From Acidobacteriota bacterium (GTDB taxonomy: Bacteria; Acidobacteriota; Terriglobia; Terriglobales; Acidobacteriaceae), in assembly GCA_021851335.1 (NCBI GenBank), contig JAJZEA010000005.1, forward strand, positions 10,132 to 74,131: a stretch of DNA of 64,000 bases, read 5' to 3'. The notes under the pieces are model-generated. The model did no database searches, was not told where the DNA came from, and saw nothing but the letters and a program-made list of their open reading frames with translations. A program made the position numbers and the translations under genes. Positions 27,829 to 38,115 of this stretch are shown here, piece after piece. The stretch's first letter is position 1; each line of letters starts with the position of its first letter.

Positions 27829-29109
27829 CTACTTCTCTACAATCTGCATCTCCAGCGGAGGCTCCAACAGAAAATCCATCTGCGCAATGGCCTCCACCGC
27901 GCGGCGCAGCGCACTGGCACGACACGGTTCCACCGTCACCACAAAAGGCAGGCTCTCCGCGCAGCAGCCCGGCTTCTGCAGAATCGCGTTGAGGTTGATC
28001 CCTTCGGCAGCCAGCGCCTGCGCAATCGCCGCCACAATCCCCGGCCGATCCCGAACCAGGAATCGGATATAGTGCGGAACCTCCGGCTCCACACTCACCG
28101 GCTCTGCGCGGAAGGCGCCCGGAGCGCGACCTAGTCCATGTGCCAGATTCACCAGGTCGCTGACGACAGCCACCGCAGTCGGATGCCCGCCCGCGCCATG
28201 CCCGGAAAAAACCACCTCTCCGCCAAACTGGCCCGTTGTCACCACCATGTTTTCCGTTCCCGTCGACCACGCCAGCGGCGAGCGGCGCGGCACCAGCATC
28301 GGCCCCACCACGGCTGCCACTCCCACCCCGGTCTGCTCGGCCCGCGCAATCTGCCGAATCGTGCAATCCAGCTCAGCGGCATAGGCAAAATCCACTGCGG
28401 AAACTGCGGTTATGGGCCGCGCCTCAATCGTCTCCGGAGCCACATGGATACGCATCGCCAGCCGCATCAGAATCGCCAGCTTGGCCCGCGCATCCCATCC
28501 GCAAACATCCTCTGACGGATCGGCCTCGGCATAGCCGCGACGCTGCGCGTCGGCCAACACCGTCGCATACTCCGCGCCAGACTCCATCGCCGAAAGAATA
28601 AAGTTGCATGTCCCATTCAAAATTCCCTCGACCCGGGTGATCCGGTCGCCGGACAGACCATGCTCGATGCCTGGAATCACCGGAATTCCACCCGCCACCG
28701 CAGCGCCAAAGAGCAACTGACAGCTATGTTCCCGCGCCAGTGCTTCCAGTTCCGGCCCGTGAAATGCGATCAGCTTTTTGTTCGCCGTCACCACGCTTTT
28801 GCCCGCTGTCAACGCACGTCTCACCCATTCCCCGGCCGGTTCCAACCCTCCCACCAGCTCCACCACCAGGTCCGCGGGGGCCTCTGGCGCCAGCAGTTCA
28901 TCCACATTTTCCGTCCAATGAACAGAAGATGACACCCACTCCACGCGCTTGCGAGCCACGTCCCGGTTAGCGATCATCGTCAACTCCAGTCCACTCAGCG
29001 CAGACTCGGACAGAATCCGCGCCACCGCGCTGCCGACCGTACCGAAGCCGATCAGGCCGATTCGAAGAGGTGAAACCGGAGAAGAAGAAGCGGGCGTTGC
29101 TTTGGCCAC
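27829..29109 (-). CDS. hom: Homoserine dehydrogenase with C-terminal ACT domain
   Basis: GFGTVG, VVTANK, AVAGGIP, GILNGTCN, GYAEADP, DRPGIVA. Confidence 0.95.
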   Translation of the reverse strand: MAKATPASSSPVSPLRIGLIGFGTVGSAVARILSESALSGLELTMIANRDVARKRVEWVSSSVHWTENVDELLAPEAPADLVVELVGGLEPAGEWVRRALTAGKSVVTANKKLIAFHGPELEALAREHSCQLLFGAAVAGGIPVIPGIEHGLSGDRITRVEGILNGTCNFILSAMESGAEYATVLADAQRRGYAEADPSEDVCGWDARAKLAILMRLAMRIHVAPETIEARPITAVSAVDFAYAAELDCTIRQIARAEQTGVGVAAVVGPMLVPRRSPLAWSTGTENMVVTTGQFGGEVVFSGHGAGGHPTAVAVVSDLVNLAHGLGRAPGAFRAEPVSVEPEVPHYIRFLVRDRPGIVAAIAQALAAEGINLNAILQKPGCCAESLPFVVTVEPCRASALRRAVEAIAQMDFLLEPPLEMQIVEK

Positions 29110-29308
29110 TGGGATATTCCTTATCGAAAATTGATTCCTTCCATCATAAATGCAGGCGGAATCCGCACAGTTTCGCGGCATCCGCTCATCATGCAGAATC
29201 GCGTGGAAATCGCCCGGTCGCCCGAGTCGTCATCGAGTGAAAACAAACTGTCGGAGTATCCACACAGCGGTTGTGTGCGCTACTCATTTGATGTAAGACT
29301 GCAAGGAG

Positions 29309-29743
29309 ATGCGAAAATGGAAACAGGCCGGAATCGCTCTCGTACTGGCTTTGCTGCTGGCTATCGGAACCAATATCACCGCATGGGGAGCCGTTGTAGC
29401 CGCTGGTAGCTTCGGAGCTTCATCGGATTCAAAATTGCCGATCTGCTGCCGACGACACGGCACGCATCACTGCCCGATGATGGACAGCGCTGCCAGCTCA
29501 CAGCTACGAGCGCTCACGGCGGCAGATACCCGCCATCCCGGCATCCATGCCGTGTGCGACTGCCCGTCGGATTCGCCCCAGGCAGCAACATCGGGAACCG
29601 CGTGGATGCCCGATGAATCCCCGCTTCTGACGCGCATTCGGCGCGAAGTGGGACTCAGCGACAGCGTTCGACGCGACGTCAAATCTCCCTCGCACAAGCT
29701 GTGGTGCGATCGCGGTCCACCCAAGAATCGCGCACAAGCATAA
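29309..29743 (+). CDS. DUF2946/CruR-like exported Cys/His-rich leader protein ending in RGPP
   Basis: Signal/TM segment, LPICCRRHGTHHC, CDC, C-terminal DRGPP; aggag RBS; upstream of a TonB receptor. Confidence 0.7.
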   Translation: MRKWKQAGIALVLALLLAIGTNITAWGAVVAAGSFGASSDSKLPICCRRHGTHHCPMMDSAASSQLRALTAADTRHPGIHAVCDCPSDSPQAATSGTAWMPDESPLLTRIRREVGLSDSVRRDVKSPSHKLWCDRGPPKNRAQA

Positions 29744-29980
29744 GTCGCTGCGCGCAAGCCTTCCTCCAGGTCAGGATTCCTTTGCGGCATCGCCTGCCGT
29801 CATGCGCCTTGCTCCGTCGGCCCTTTAGCAAGCGATGCCGGATCGGCACGCCTCGCATGAGCGCGTTCCCCGGCTTGCCTCTGCGCTGTGACGCAATCAC
29901 AAGCTCCCACACAGAAAGCAAACATGCCCACGGGGGCGTCCAGAAGCGCGAATACACCTGTGAAAACAGCAGGAAGAGGA

Positions 29981-32284
29981 ATGAAAATGCACAAGCGGTG
30001 CGTAGCGATGATGCTGTCTATGGTGTGTCTTTGGGGGATGCTCGGAGCTGCGGCAGCTTCGGCCACTGATCTGGCCACGGTGCACGGCGTCGTCCATGAT
30101 CCTCAGCATTTTCCTGTATCCGGAGCGCAGATCGAGATGAGCGCTGTCAGCTCAGAGTTGAGCTTTCATGCGATCACCGATCATCTGGGTGAATTCGATT
30201 TTGCCAGCGTACCGATCGGCACCTATCGTGTTTCGATCGCCTCGCCCGGTTTTGCGCTGCTCCACACTACCGTCACCATCGAGGCCGGTGTGCGCGCCGT
30301 GCTTCACTTTCCTCTCAGCCTTGGCACCGTGCAGCAGACCGTCACAGCCACCCCGACCCAGACCGACACCGTTACCCCCACAACAACCGTCAACCGCGAA
30401 CAGATTGCCGAGACTCCCGGTGCCGACCGCACACTCGGTGTAGCCATGATTACCGACTATGTGCCCGGTGCGCTCATGGCGCACGACATGCTCCACATCC
30501 GCGGCGGCCACCAGACCACGTGGATGCTGGATGGAGTGGCGATCCCGAATACCAAGATTGCATCGAACGTCGGGCCGCAGATTGATCCCGGCGATATCGA
30601 GCAACTCGAAGTGGACCGTGGCAGCTACTCAGCCGGACTCGGCGATCGAACCTATGGCGTCTTTGACGTCCTTCCCAGAAATGGATTTGAACGGGACCGC
30701 CAGGGAGATTTGCGCGTGATCGGCGGCAACCTTGGCGAAGGCGAGATGCAGCTCTCGCTGGGCAATCACACGCGCCAGACCGCCTGGTACACCAGCCTGA
30801 CCGGCTCTCGCGCCAACTACGGATTGCAAACGCCTGTGACCGCCATCTACCATGACAGCACCAACTCCCAAAGCCTCTTCGCGTCCGTCATTCGCAATCA
30901 GACAGAAGCGGATCAACTACGATTCGTCGGCCAGTACCGGCAGGATTATTTCGACATTCCATACGATCCCAGCACGACAGACTACGAGACGACCTCCGGC
31001 TACTACACCTCCTATGGACTCAGGGACGCGCAAAAGGAGCAGGATGCTTTTCTGATCTCCAACTGGGTTCACACCGTAAGCCCAAAACTCACCTGGCAAG
31101 TGGCGCCGTTCTATCACTTCAACTCCGCCAACTACAACTCCCTGCCTACAGACATGCCCGTCGCCACCACATGGCATCAGCGCTCCAACTACGTCGGCAT
31201 GCAGACCGACGTTCATGCCGAGTTGCCGCAGAACAGTCTATCGGGCGGAATGTATAGCTTCTATCAGGCTGAGAACGATCTCTTCGGCTTGCAGATCAAC
31301 GATGGTTCCTCCGCAAGTGTTCCCAATCAGACCTCTGCCACAACTGCCGGGCTGGTCGAGTTTTACCTGGAAGATCACTGGCGCGTGAACCAGTGGATCA
31401 CGCTACTCGGCGGCATGCGCTTCTCCATCTTTCGCAGTCAGCTCAACGAAGAGGCAAACTATCCGCGCATCGGCGCAACCGCGCGGATTCCTCGCCTCAA
31501 CTGGGTGCTCCGCGGCTTTTATGGTCACTACTTTCAGCCCGCGCCCGTCGAGACGGTATCGACCGGTCTACTCGACTACGTCACGCATCAAAGCGGCGAG
31601 AACACCTTTGTTCCGCTGCCTTCCGAGCGCGATGAGGAGCATCAGTTCGGCATCCAGATTCCCGAGCACGGATGGCTGCTCGACATCGACAACTTCCAGA
31701 CGCGCGTCAACAACTTTCTCGACCACTCCAACGTCGGCGAATCCAATCTCTACTTTCCCATCGCCGTCGACGGCGCGCTCATTCGCGGCTGGGAGATGTC
31801 GCTTCACTCGCCTCAGGTCGCCCGGCGCGGCCAGTTTTACCTCACCTACTCCAACCAGATCGCCGAGGAGCGCGGAGCGATCATCGGCGGATTTGTCTGC
31901 TCCATTCCCACCGATCCCTCCTGCAACATCGGTCCTGCCTACGTGCCCGTCGATCACGACCAGCGCGACACTCTCAACACCGGCTTCACGCTTCAGTTGC
32001 CGCGTCACTCCTGGTTCTCGTCCAATGTCTACTATGGTTCAGGACTCCACAACGGCCTGGCCGGAGCCAACGAAGGCCCATACAACGCCAACTATCTCCC
32101 GGCTCACACCACCTTTGACATCTCCGGCGGCAAAAGCTTCGGAGAACAATGGCGAGCTTCTGCCACCATCGTCAATGTCACCAATCATCGCGTCCTGCTC
32201 GACAACTCCATCACCGTCGGCGGATTTCACTTCAACGATCCACGCATGATCTCCGGCGAGCTGCGTTACCGCTTCCACTTCTGA
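29981..32284 (+). CDS. TonB-dependent receptor with carboxypeptidase-regulatory-like N-domain (probable metal importer)
   Basis: Signal peptide, G.V.D..PVSGA, plug HDMLHIRGGH..LDGV, NVTN, C-terminal RYRFHF. Confidence 0.88.
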   Translation: MKMHKRCVAMMLSMVCLWGMLGAAAASATDLATVHGVVHDPQHFPVSGAQIEMSAVSSELSFHAITDHLGEFDFASVPIGTYRVSIASPGFALLHTTVTIEAGVRAVLHFPLSLGTVQQTVTATPTQTDTVTPTTTVNREQIAETPGADRTLGVAMITDYVPGALMAHDMLHIRGGHQTTWMLDGVAIPNTKIASNVGPQIDPGDIEQLEVDRGSYSAGLGDRTYGVFDVLPRNGFERDRQGDLRVIGGNLGEGEMQLSLGNHTRQTAWYTSLTGSRANYGLQTPVTAIYHDSTNSQSLFASVIRNQTEADQLRFVGQYRQDYFDIPYDPSTTDYETTSGYYTSYGLRDAQKEQDAFLISNWVHTVSPKLTWQVAPFYHFNSANYNSLPTDMPVATTWHQRSNYVGMQTDVHAELPQNSLSGGMYSFYQAENDLFGLQINDGSSASVPNQTSATTAGLVEFYLEDHWRVNQWITLLGGMRFSIFRSQLNEEANYPRIGATARIPRLNWVLRGFYGHYFQPAPVETVSTGLLDYVTHQSGENTFVPLPSERDEEHQFGIQIPEHGWLLDIDNFQTRVNNFLDHSNVGESNLYFPIAVDGALIRGWEMSLHSPQVARRGQFYLTYSNQIAEERGAIIGGFVCSIPTDPSCNIGPAYVPVDHDQRDTLNTGFTLQLPRHSWFSSNVYYGSGLHNGLAGANEGPYNANYLPAHTTFDISGGKSFGEQWRASATIVNVTNHRVLLDNSITVGGFHFNDPRMISGELRYRFHF

Positions 32285-32439
32285 TCACGCACCGGCTCCC
32301 GCCCTTGCTGCGTCTCCGCATCTTTCACGCAAATGGCTCCGCGATCTCCGGCGTACGCGTAAGTTCAAGCCAGGGCAAAATCAAAGCGGCTATGCCCTTC
32401 GGTTCCATGCCGTCGTGCTTCGCGCTATCTTCGTTCGGA

Positions 32440-33591
32440 CTACTTGGCTGAAGCCTCCGGCACCAGTCCCGGCGCAGGTCGATGTCCCGTATGCACCCAC
32501 GTCAACAGCTCATCCAACGCGTCCATCGTCTGATTGCCGTTGATGTTGCAGTGCCCGTCAGCCTCGACAAACTGCTGCACAAAGAATCGGCTGCTGCCCA
32601 TGCGTTGCACCTGGTCCGCATACTGGCTCACGGTGTCCGGCGGAATGATCGGATCGTAGGTCGTGTGGACGGCGAGCATCGGGCGGTCCAGCACTCCGGT
32701 CGGCGTGTACCAGGTTTTCAGGTAATCGAGCGCCGCATTCGAGGCCGTGTAGCGATGCACGCCCGCGTTCAGGGCGTTGTCGTCGGGTCCGCCGAAGTAG
32801 ATGAAGTTGGCATTGTTCAGCACCGGCGCGCCCAGCTTCTGCTCAAAGTCGCGCTCGATGAAAGCCAGAAACGCAAGCACGCCCGCCATGTCCTTATCGG
32901 TCTTGAAGTGGCCAAGCGCTTTCATCTCGGCATACCCGGTGGGGTTGTCATGCAAGTGGGGCAACATCTTCTTCACCAGCGCCGGCCCAAGATCGACCGA
33001 AGCAGGAATGTGTTCCGGCCCGGGCATCAGTCCCGGATAGTAGAAATCGAAGGCGGCAAGCATGGCTCCGCCGTGCTCGATCGCCCAGGTGCTTGGCTCC
33101 AGCAGGCCGCAGAGTGCCAGCGCGCCGTTGTAGCGGCCAGGATAGCTTTCGATGGTGGCCATCGTGAGTTCGCCGCCCATCGAGTGGCCGGTCACGTAGG
33201 TCTCTCGCGGCTGGCCATAGTGTGCAATGAAGTACCGGCGCAGGTCTTCGGTTTCGCTCATCGCCTGCTCCACGGCAAATCCGTTCACCGAATAGCCGGA
33301 CTGGGCGACGGCAAATCCCTTCCGCGCAAATCCGGAGCCTAGTTCGTTCGGTCGGGATGCGTCGAAGGTGACCGGCGTCTCCGAATATCCGTGGTAATAG
33401 ACAATCAGCGTACCGTTCCACTGCGTCGGCATATCGATGCGAAACGAGGCGTGGTCCATCGTACCCACTTCGACGTGCTCGGCGACGGCCTTCCCCGCCT
33501 GCCCTGCCGCGCACGACTCCGCGGCAAGCCACCCCACCATCCCCAGCCCCGCCAGCAGAACCGCCCCAGAGATCCTCACGCGAACTCTCAT
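32440..33591 (-). CDS. Secreted alpha/beta hydrolase (tannase/esterase-like)
   Basis: Signal peptide, YYHGY, GHSMGG nucleophile elbow, DPII, GHC. Confidence 0.8.
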   Translation of the reverse strand: MRVRVRISGAVLLAGLGMVGWLAAESCAAGQAGKAVAEHVEVGTMDHASFRIDMPTQWNGTLIVYYHGYSETPVTFDASRPNELGSGFARKGFAVAQSGYSVNGFAVEQAMSETEDLRRYFIAHYGQPRETYVTGHSMGGELTMATIESYPGRYNGALALCGLLEPSTWAIEHGGAMLAAFDFYYPGLMPGPEHIPASVDLGPALVKKMLPHLHDNPTGYAEMKALGHFKTDKDMAGVLAFLAFIERDFEQKLGAPVLNNANFIYFGGPDDNALNAGVHRYTASNAALDYLKTWYTPTGVLDRPMLAVHTTYDPIIPPDTVSQYADQVQRMGSSRFFVQQFVEADGHCNINGNQTMDALDELLTWVHTGHRPAPGLVPEASAK

Positions 33592-33687
33592 CCGAAACCC
33601 CTCCCCCTTCAACGCGGATTTCCCGAACGATGCACGCTGCCGAAGCGCACTTGCGCCCTGCCCCATGCTTCGTGCCACACTGGAAGT

Positions 33688-35238
33688 GTGTCCGCACAAA
33701 CTATTGTCATCCTCGACTTCGGGTCCCAGTATACCCAACTGATTGCCCGTCGCATTCGCGAGCAGAACGTCTTTTCCGTCGTCCTGCCATGTACGGCTTC
33801 GCTGGCGGAGATTCGCGCTCATGCGCCCCTCGGCCTGATCCTCTCCGGCGGGCCATCGTCCGTCTATGACGCGGACGCGCCTGCCGCCGACGCGGCGATG
33901 CTCAAGCTGGGCGTGCCGATCCTGGGCATCTGCTACGGCCTGCAATTCATCGTCCATCACCTGGGCGGGCGTGTCGCTCCAGCGGCGCGTCGGGAGTATG
34001 GCCATGCGGAAGTCTCGATTCTCAATGCCAACGCGGCCATCTTTGCCGGATTGCCCGGCTCAATCGAAGCGTGGATGAGCCACGGCGACGAAGCGCAGCA
34101 GTTGCCGGAGGGTTTTCATCTGATCGCGCAGACTTCGAATGCCCTCGCCGGAATTGCCAATGAGCAGCGGCGCATCTGGGCCGTGCAGTTCCATCCAGAG
34201 GTGCATCACACGCCTCTCGGCGGGCAGCTTCTGCGCAACTTCGTCTTTGGCGTCTGCGGCGCGCAAGCCGACTGGACCCCGGCCCGATTCATCGAATCGA
34301 CCGTCGCTTCCATTCGCGAAAAAGTAGGCAGCGGACATGTCCTGTGCGCGCTGTCGGGCGGCGTGGATTCGTCAGTGGCCGCGGTGCTGGTCCATCGCGC
34401 CATCGGTGCGCAGCTTACGTGCGTCTTTGTGAATAACGGCGTGCTGCGGAAGAACGAATTCGAGCAGGTGACGAAAAATCTGCGCGAGAAACTGGGGCTG
34501 AATCTCGTCCCCGTCGATGCTTCTGCGCGCTTCCTCGGCGAACTGGCCTCGGTCACCGATCCCGAAACCAAGCGCAAGATCATCGGGCGCGAATTCATCG
34601 CCGTCTTTGACGCCGAGGCCGAGCGCATCGCCACGCAGACCGGCTCCATCGACTGGCTCGTCCAGGGCACGCTCTATCCCGACGTTATCGAGTCGTCCAG
34701 CGTGCGCGGACCGTCGCAGACAATCAAAAGTCACCACAACGTGGGCGGACTGCCGGAGCGGATGAAGATGAAGCTGATCGAGCCGCTGCGCGACCTCTTC
34801 AAGGATGAGGTGCGCCGCATCGGCCGCGATCTGGGCATGCCGGAAGATATCCTCGGCCGCCAGCCATTCCCCGGTCCCGGACTCGCCGTGCGCATCGTCG
34901 GCGAAGTGACGGCCGAGCGTGTCGAGATCCTTCAGAATGCCGACGAAATTGTCGTCGCAGAGATCAAAGCCGCGGGGTTGTATTCGCAGATTTGGCAAAG
35001 TTTTGCGGTCCTGCTGCCGGTGCGCAGCGTGGGCGTCATGGGCGACCAGCGCACCTACGCCTACACCTGCGCGGTGCGCGCCGTGCACTCCGAAGACGGC
35101 ATGACCGCGGACTGGACACCCCTGCCGCACGAACTGCTGAAGCGCATCTCCAACCGCATCGTCAACGAGGTGCGCGGCATCAACCGCGTCGTTTATGACA
35201 TCACCTCGAAGCCACCCGGCACCATCGAGTGGGAGTAG
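33688..35238 (+). CDS. guaA: GMP synthase (glutamine-hydrolysing)
   Basis: [42 protein letters not shown]. Confidence 0.98.
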   Translation: MSAQTIVILDFGSQYTQLIARRIREQNVFSVVLPCTASLAEIRAHAPLGLILSGGPSSVYDADAPAADAAMLKLGVPILGICYGLQFIVHHLGGRVAPAARREYGHAEVSILNANAAIFAGLPGSIEAWMSHGDEAQQLPEGFHLIAQTSNALAGIANEQRRIWAVQFHPEVHHTPLGGQLLRNFVFGVCGAQADWTPARFIESTVASIREKVGSGHVLCALSGGVDSSVAAVLVHRAIGAQLTCVFVNNGVLRKNEFEQVTKNLREKLGLNLVPVDASARFLGELASVTDPETKRKIIGREFIAVFDAEAERIATQTGSIDWLVQGTLYPDVIESSSVRGPSQTIKSHHNVGGLPERMKMKLIEPLRDLFKDEVRRIGRDLGMPEDILGRQPFPGPGLAVRIVGEVTAERVEILQNADEIVVAEIKAAGLYSQIWQSFAVLLPVRSVGVMGDQRTYAYTCAVRAVHSEDGMTADWTPLPHELLKRISNRIVNEVRGINRVVYDITSKPPGTIEWE

Positions 35239-35240
35239 CG

Positions 35241-36491
35241 ATGGTCCTCCTCAGCCACCCCACCGGCAACGCCAACGTGGCTGCGGTGGCTGCTGCGCTG
35301 TACGAGCAGCAGTTGCTCTCCGCCTTCTACACCTGCATTCACTGGAGAGCGGATGCTCCGCTTGCGCGACTGGTTCCCGGCGGGCTGCGCAGGACTCTCG
35401 ATCGCCGTGCGCGCGTGCAGATTCCTGCCGAAAAAGTGAGGACGCGCCCGACGCGCGAGTTGTTGCGCCATCTGCTGCCGCGAATGGGTTTTGAAGGGCT
35501 AACTGTTGGCGAAGCACAGCCGTTTTCGATCGACGCGGTCTATCGCGATTTGGACCGCTTCGCAGCTCGGCGGCTGCGGGAGTTTCCCGAAGCGCGCACC
35601 GTGTATGCCTATGAGGATGGCGCGCTGGAGCAGTTTCGCGCGGCCAGGCAGCGCGGGCTGCGCTGCATCTACGATCTTCCAATCGGCTACTGGCGAGCCA
35701 GCCGCGCGATGGCTATCGAAGAGGCCGAGCGCCGTCCGCAGTGGGCCGCTACGCTGCAGGCGCTCACCGACAGCGCGGACAAGTGCGCACGCAAGGACGA
35801 GGAGCTTGCGATGGCCGACATGGTGTTCGTGCCCAGCAGCTTTGTGCGCCGCACGCTCGAGCAGTTTCCTGGCGAGCCAAAGCAGACGATAGTAGCGCCG
35901 TTCGGCGTTCCGGCAACCGTGGCTACCCCGCGCGCGCTCACAAGGCGAGAGCAGCCGCTGCGCGTGCTCTTTGTCGGTGGACTCTCCGAGCGCAAAGGCA
36001 TCGCCGATCTGTTTGAGGCGGTGGAGATGCTGGGCGACGCGGTGACGCTGACGGTGATCGGGCGAAGATCGACCGAAGAGTGCGCGGCCCTCAATGCGGC
36101 TTGCGCCCGATATCGCTGGATTGCCTCGCTGCCGCACCCGCAGGTGCTCGAAGAGATGCGTGCGCACGATGTTTTTGTCTTTCCGTCGCTGTTTGAGGGC
36201 TTGGCGCTGGTGCTGGGCGAAGCGATCTCCCAGGGGCTGCCCATCATTACCACACCAAACTCCGGCGGAGAAGATATTCTGCGCGATGGCATCGATAGCT
36301 TCCTGGTGCCCATTCGCGCGCCGCAGGCCATTGCCGAGCGGCTGCTGCGGCTGCATGAGGATCGCGACCTGCTGAAGTCGATGAGCGATGCGGCTTTGGA
36401 TCGGGCGCGCGCGTTGTCGTGGGCCGAATATCAACAGCGCGTCGTGACGGCGGTGCGCACAGTGATCGAAAGTGCGCCGCAGTCGAACTGA
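35241..36491 (+). CDS. Glycosyltransferase family 4
   Basis: LFVGGLSERKG, FVFPSLFEGLALVLGEAISQGLPII. Confidence 0.9.
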   Translation: MVLLSHPTGNANVAAVAAALYEQQLLSAFYTCIHWRADAPLARLVPGGLRRTLDRRARVQIPAEKVRTRPTRELLRHLLPRMGFEGLTVGEAQPFSIDAVYRDLDRFAARRLREFPEARTVYAYEDGALEQFRAARQRGLRCIYDLPIGYWRASRAMAIEEAERRPQWAATLQALTDSADKCARKDEELAMADMVFVPSSFVRRTLEQFPGEPKQTIVAPFGVPATVATPRALTRREQPLRVLFVGGLSERKGIADLFEAVEMLGDAVTLTVIGRRSTEECAALNAACARYRWIASLPHPQVLEEMRAHDVFVFPSLFEGLALVLGEAISQGLPIITTPNSGGEDILRDGIDSFLVPIRAPQAIAERLLRLHEDRDLLKSMSDAALDRARALSWAEYQQRVVTAVRTVIESAPQSN

Positions 36492-36501
36492 TCTGGAGCT
36501 T

Positions 36502-37965
36502 TCAGGGCTGCGGCTTCAGGCTTTGCGGTTTCAGAACCGGTTCCGTCAACGGGGCTGTGTCGATGTCGATCCGTGTGCCCTGTGGAAAGATAATCTGGTG
36601 GCCGTCGCGAAGCCAGGTTTGCGTGATGGTTAGACCGACCGCGTAGAATCCGATGCCCGCGGCAAGCGAACGCGACCCGGCAGTCAATCCGACAATGCGC
36701 CCGATAGCTCCAAAGCCGTTCGAGGCGACACCGGTCTGCGCCGTCATGTTGCCATCCGTATCCAGCGCGTGGCCGGCAAGCAGTCCCAGTGCAATCGGCG
36801 CAAGCACGCTGCCGTTGTTCTTGCCCGAGACGTTACCCTCGGCATCCATCGCCATCGCTTTGCCGCCGCTGGCCATGGCTCCGGTCACGGAGCCTTGCAC
36901 TTGTTGCACCGGTGCCGCGGGCAGCTTCAACTGTTGAAAGCTGAAGCGAAGATGCCCGTTGCGGCCAAAGGAGCGAGCCGGCTTGCTCGTCGTCACGCGT
37001 CCGATGAGCATCGATCCCTGTGGGATGACGAGGTGATGCTGCGCATCATAGACCGGCTCGACGACACGCGCCTGAATCGGGTCGCCCGCCTTTGCAGAGT
37101 GTGAATTCAGCGGCGTCTCCAACTCGGCGTGAATGAGCCAGCGGGGCCCTGCGTCCGCGGCAGCTTTAGCAACGCGAACAGGCGGCTTGCCGTGCGCAGG
37201 TTTCGCGTGCTTTTTCTGCGGTGGCGCATAGAGCGTGGGCTGCCCGGCAGCGCTGATCGCGCTCACCGCCAAGGCGTTGCTCAGCGGGAAGCTCCACGTC
37301 GAGCCTGCATTGATCTGCTCAGGGTGGTACGGGAGCTGCTGATAGAGTGCGACCTTCAGCCGATTGCCCAGCCCCGGCGAAGTGAAGAAGGTTTTCGTAT
37401 CTGCGACGCGCTGTTTCATGCCATTCCATGCCTGCGCGATCAGGCGATGCCGCTTGCCGTCGGAGCTGGCCTGGAGATTGACCATCGGCAGTCCGGCCTG
37501 TGCGGCGGGAGCCTGGATCGGAACCGGCCCGCCGCTGGTCTCCACCGCGTCAAAGCGCACCATCGGATGATGGAACGGCGTGAAGTCTCCGTTGAGTCTG
37601 GCCCAGAGGCGCGCGGATTTATCCGGCGTCAGGGCATCCACGCGCCCGCGCAGCAGCGTACCCGTGGGCAGCACAAGCTGGTTGTTGACGTAGATTGGCG
37701 CGAGCAGGCGAGCTTCAATCGCCGCGCCCTGCTTCATCGGAAAGACCCGCGTGGAGGCAACACTCAGATACGTCCCCTGCGCCAGTGCGGCGGGCGGCGC
37801 AGGCGGCACAGGCGCAGCAGCGATCGGCCGCACAGGAGCAGGCGGCGGCTGTGCCGGGCGCGTGTGCAGCGTCTGAGCACGGGCAGCCGTGATGGCGACG
37901 GCAAAGGCAAGCGCCATGGCCACAACGCAGAGTTTGCGTCGCTGATATTTTTTCCGATGTGGCAA
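36502..37965 (-). CDS. Secreted hypothetical protein with two TrbI/VirB10-like beta domains
   Basis: ggag-N6-TTG start with basic n-region and signal peptide; two copies of G..I.AR...P.Y....LV.P.G..L.GRV. Confidence 0.6.
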   Translation of the reverse strand: MPHRKKYQRRKLCVVAMALAFAVAITAARAQTLHTRPAQPPPAPVRPIAAAPVPPAPPAALAQGTYLSVASTRVFPMKQGAAIEARLLAPIYVNNQLVLPTGTLLRGRVDALTPDKSARLWARLNGDFTPFHHPMVRFDAVETSGGPVPIQAPAAQAGLPMVNLQASSDGKRHRLIAQAWNGMKQRVADTKTFFTSPGLGNRLKVALYQQLPYHPEQINAGSTWSFPLSNALAVSAISAAGQPTLYAPPQKKHAKPAHGKPPVRVAKAAADAGPRWLIHAELETPLNSHSAKAGDPIQARVVEPVYDAQHHLVIPQGSMLIGRVTTSKPARSFGRNGHLRFSFQQLKLPAAPVQQVQGSVTGAMASGGKAMAMDAEGNVSGKNNGSVLAPIALGLLAGHALDTDGNMTAQTGVASNGFGAIGRIVGLTAGSRSLAAGIGFYAVGLTITQTWLRDGHQIIFPQGTRIDIDTAPLTEPVLKPQSLKPQP

Positions 37966-38115
37966 TGCGACTCCAGCGATCTCGATCTTCACGGTATCAG
38001 ACTGCGTACAGGCTGCAAGGAAAGCAAGCCGACGGCCAGGCAACGCCAACGGCAGGCAACACAGGCGGCCAGCCGGGGCAAGCACGCAATGCGCGGGAAC
38101 GTTTAGACTGGATAG

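Noticed and set aside
33592-34005. Extension of the hydrolase ORF, and the reciprocal upstream extension of guaA
   Set aside because: Divergent genes read through each other's frames; real starts are 33591 and 33688
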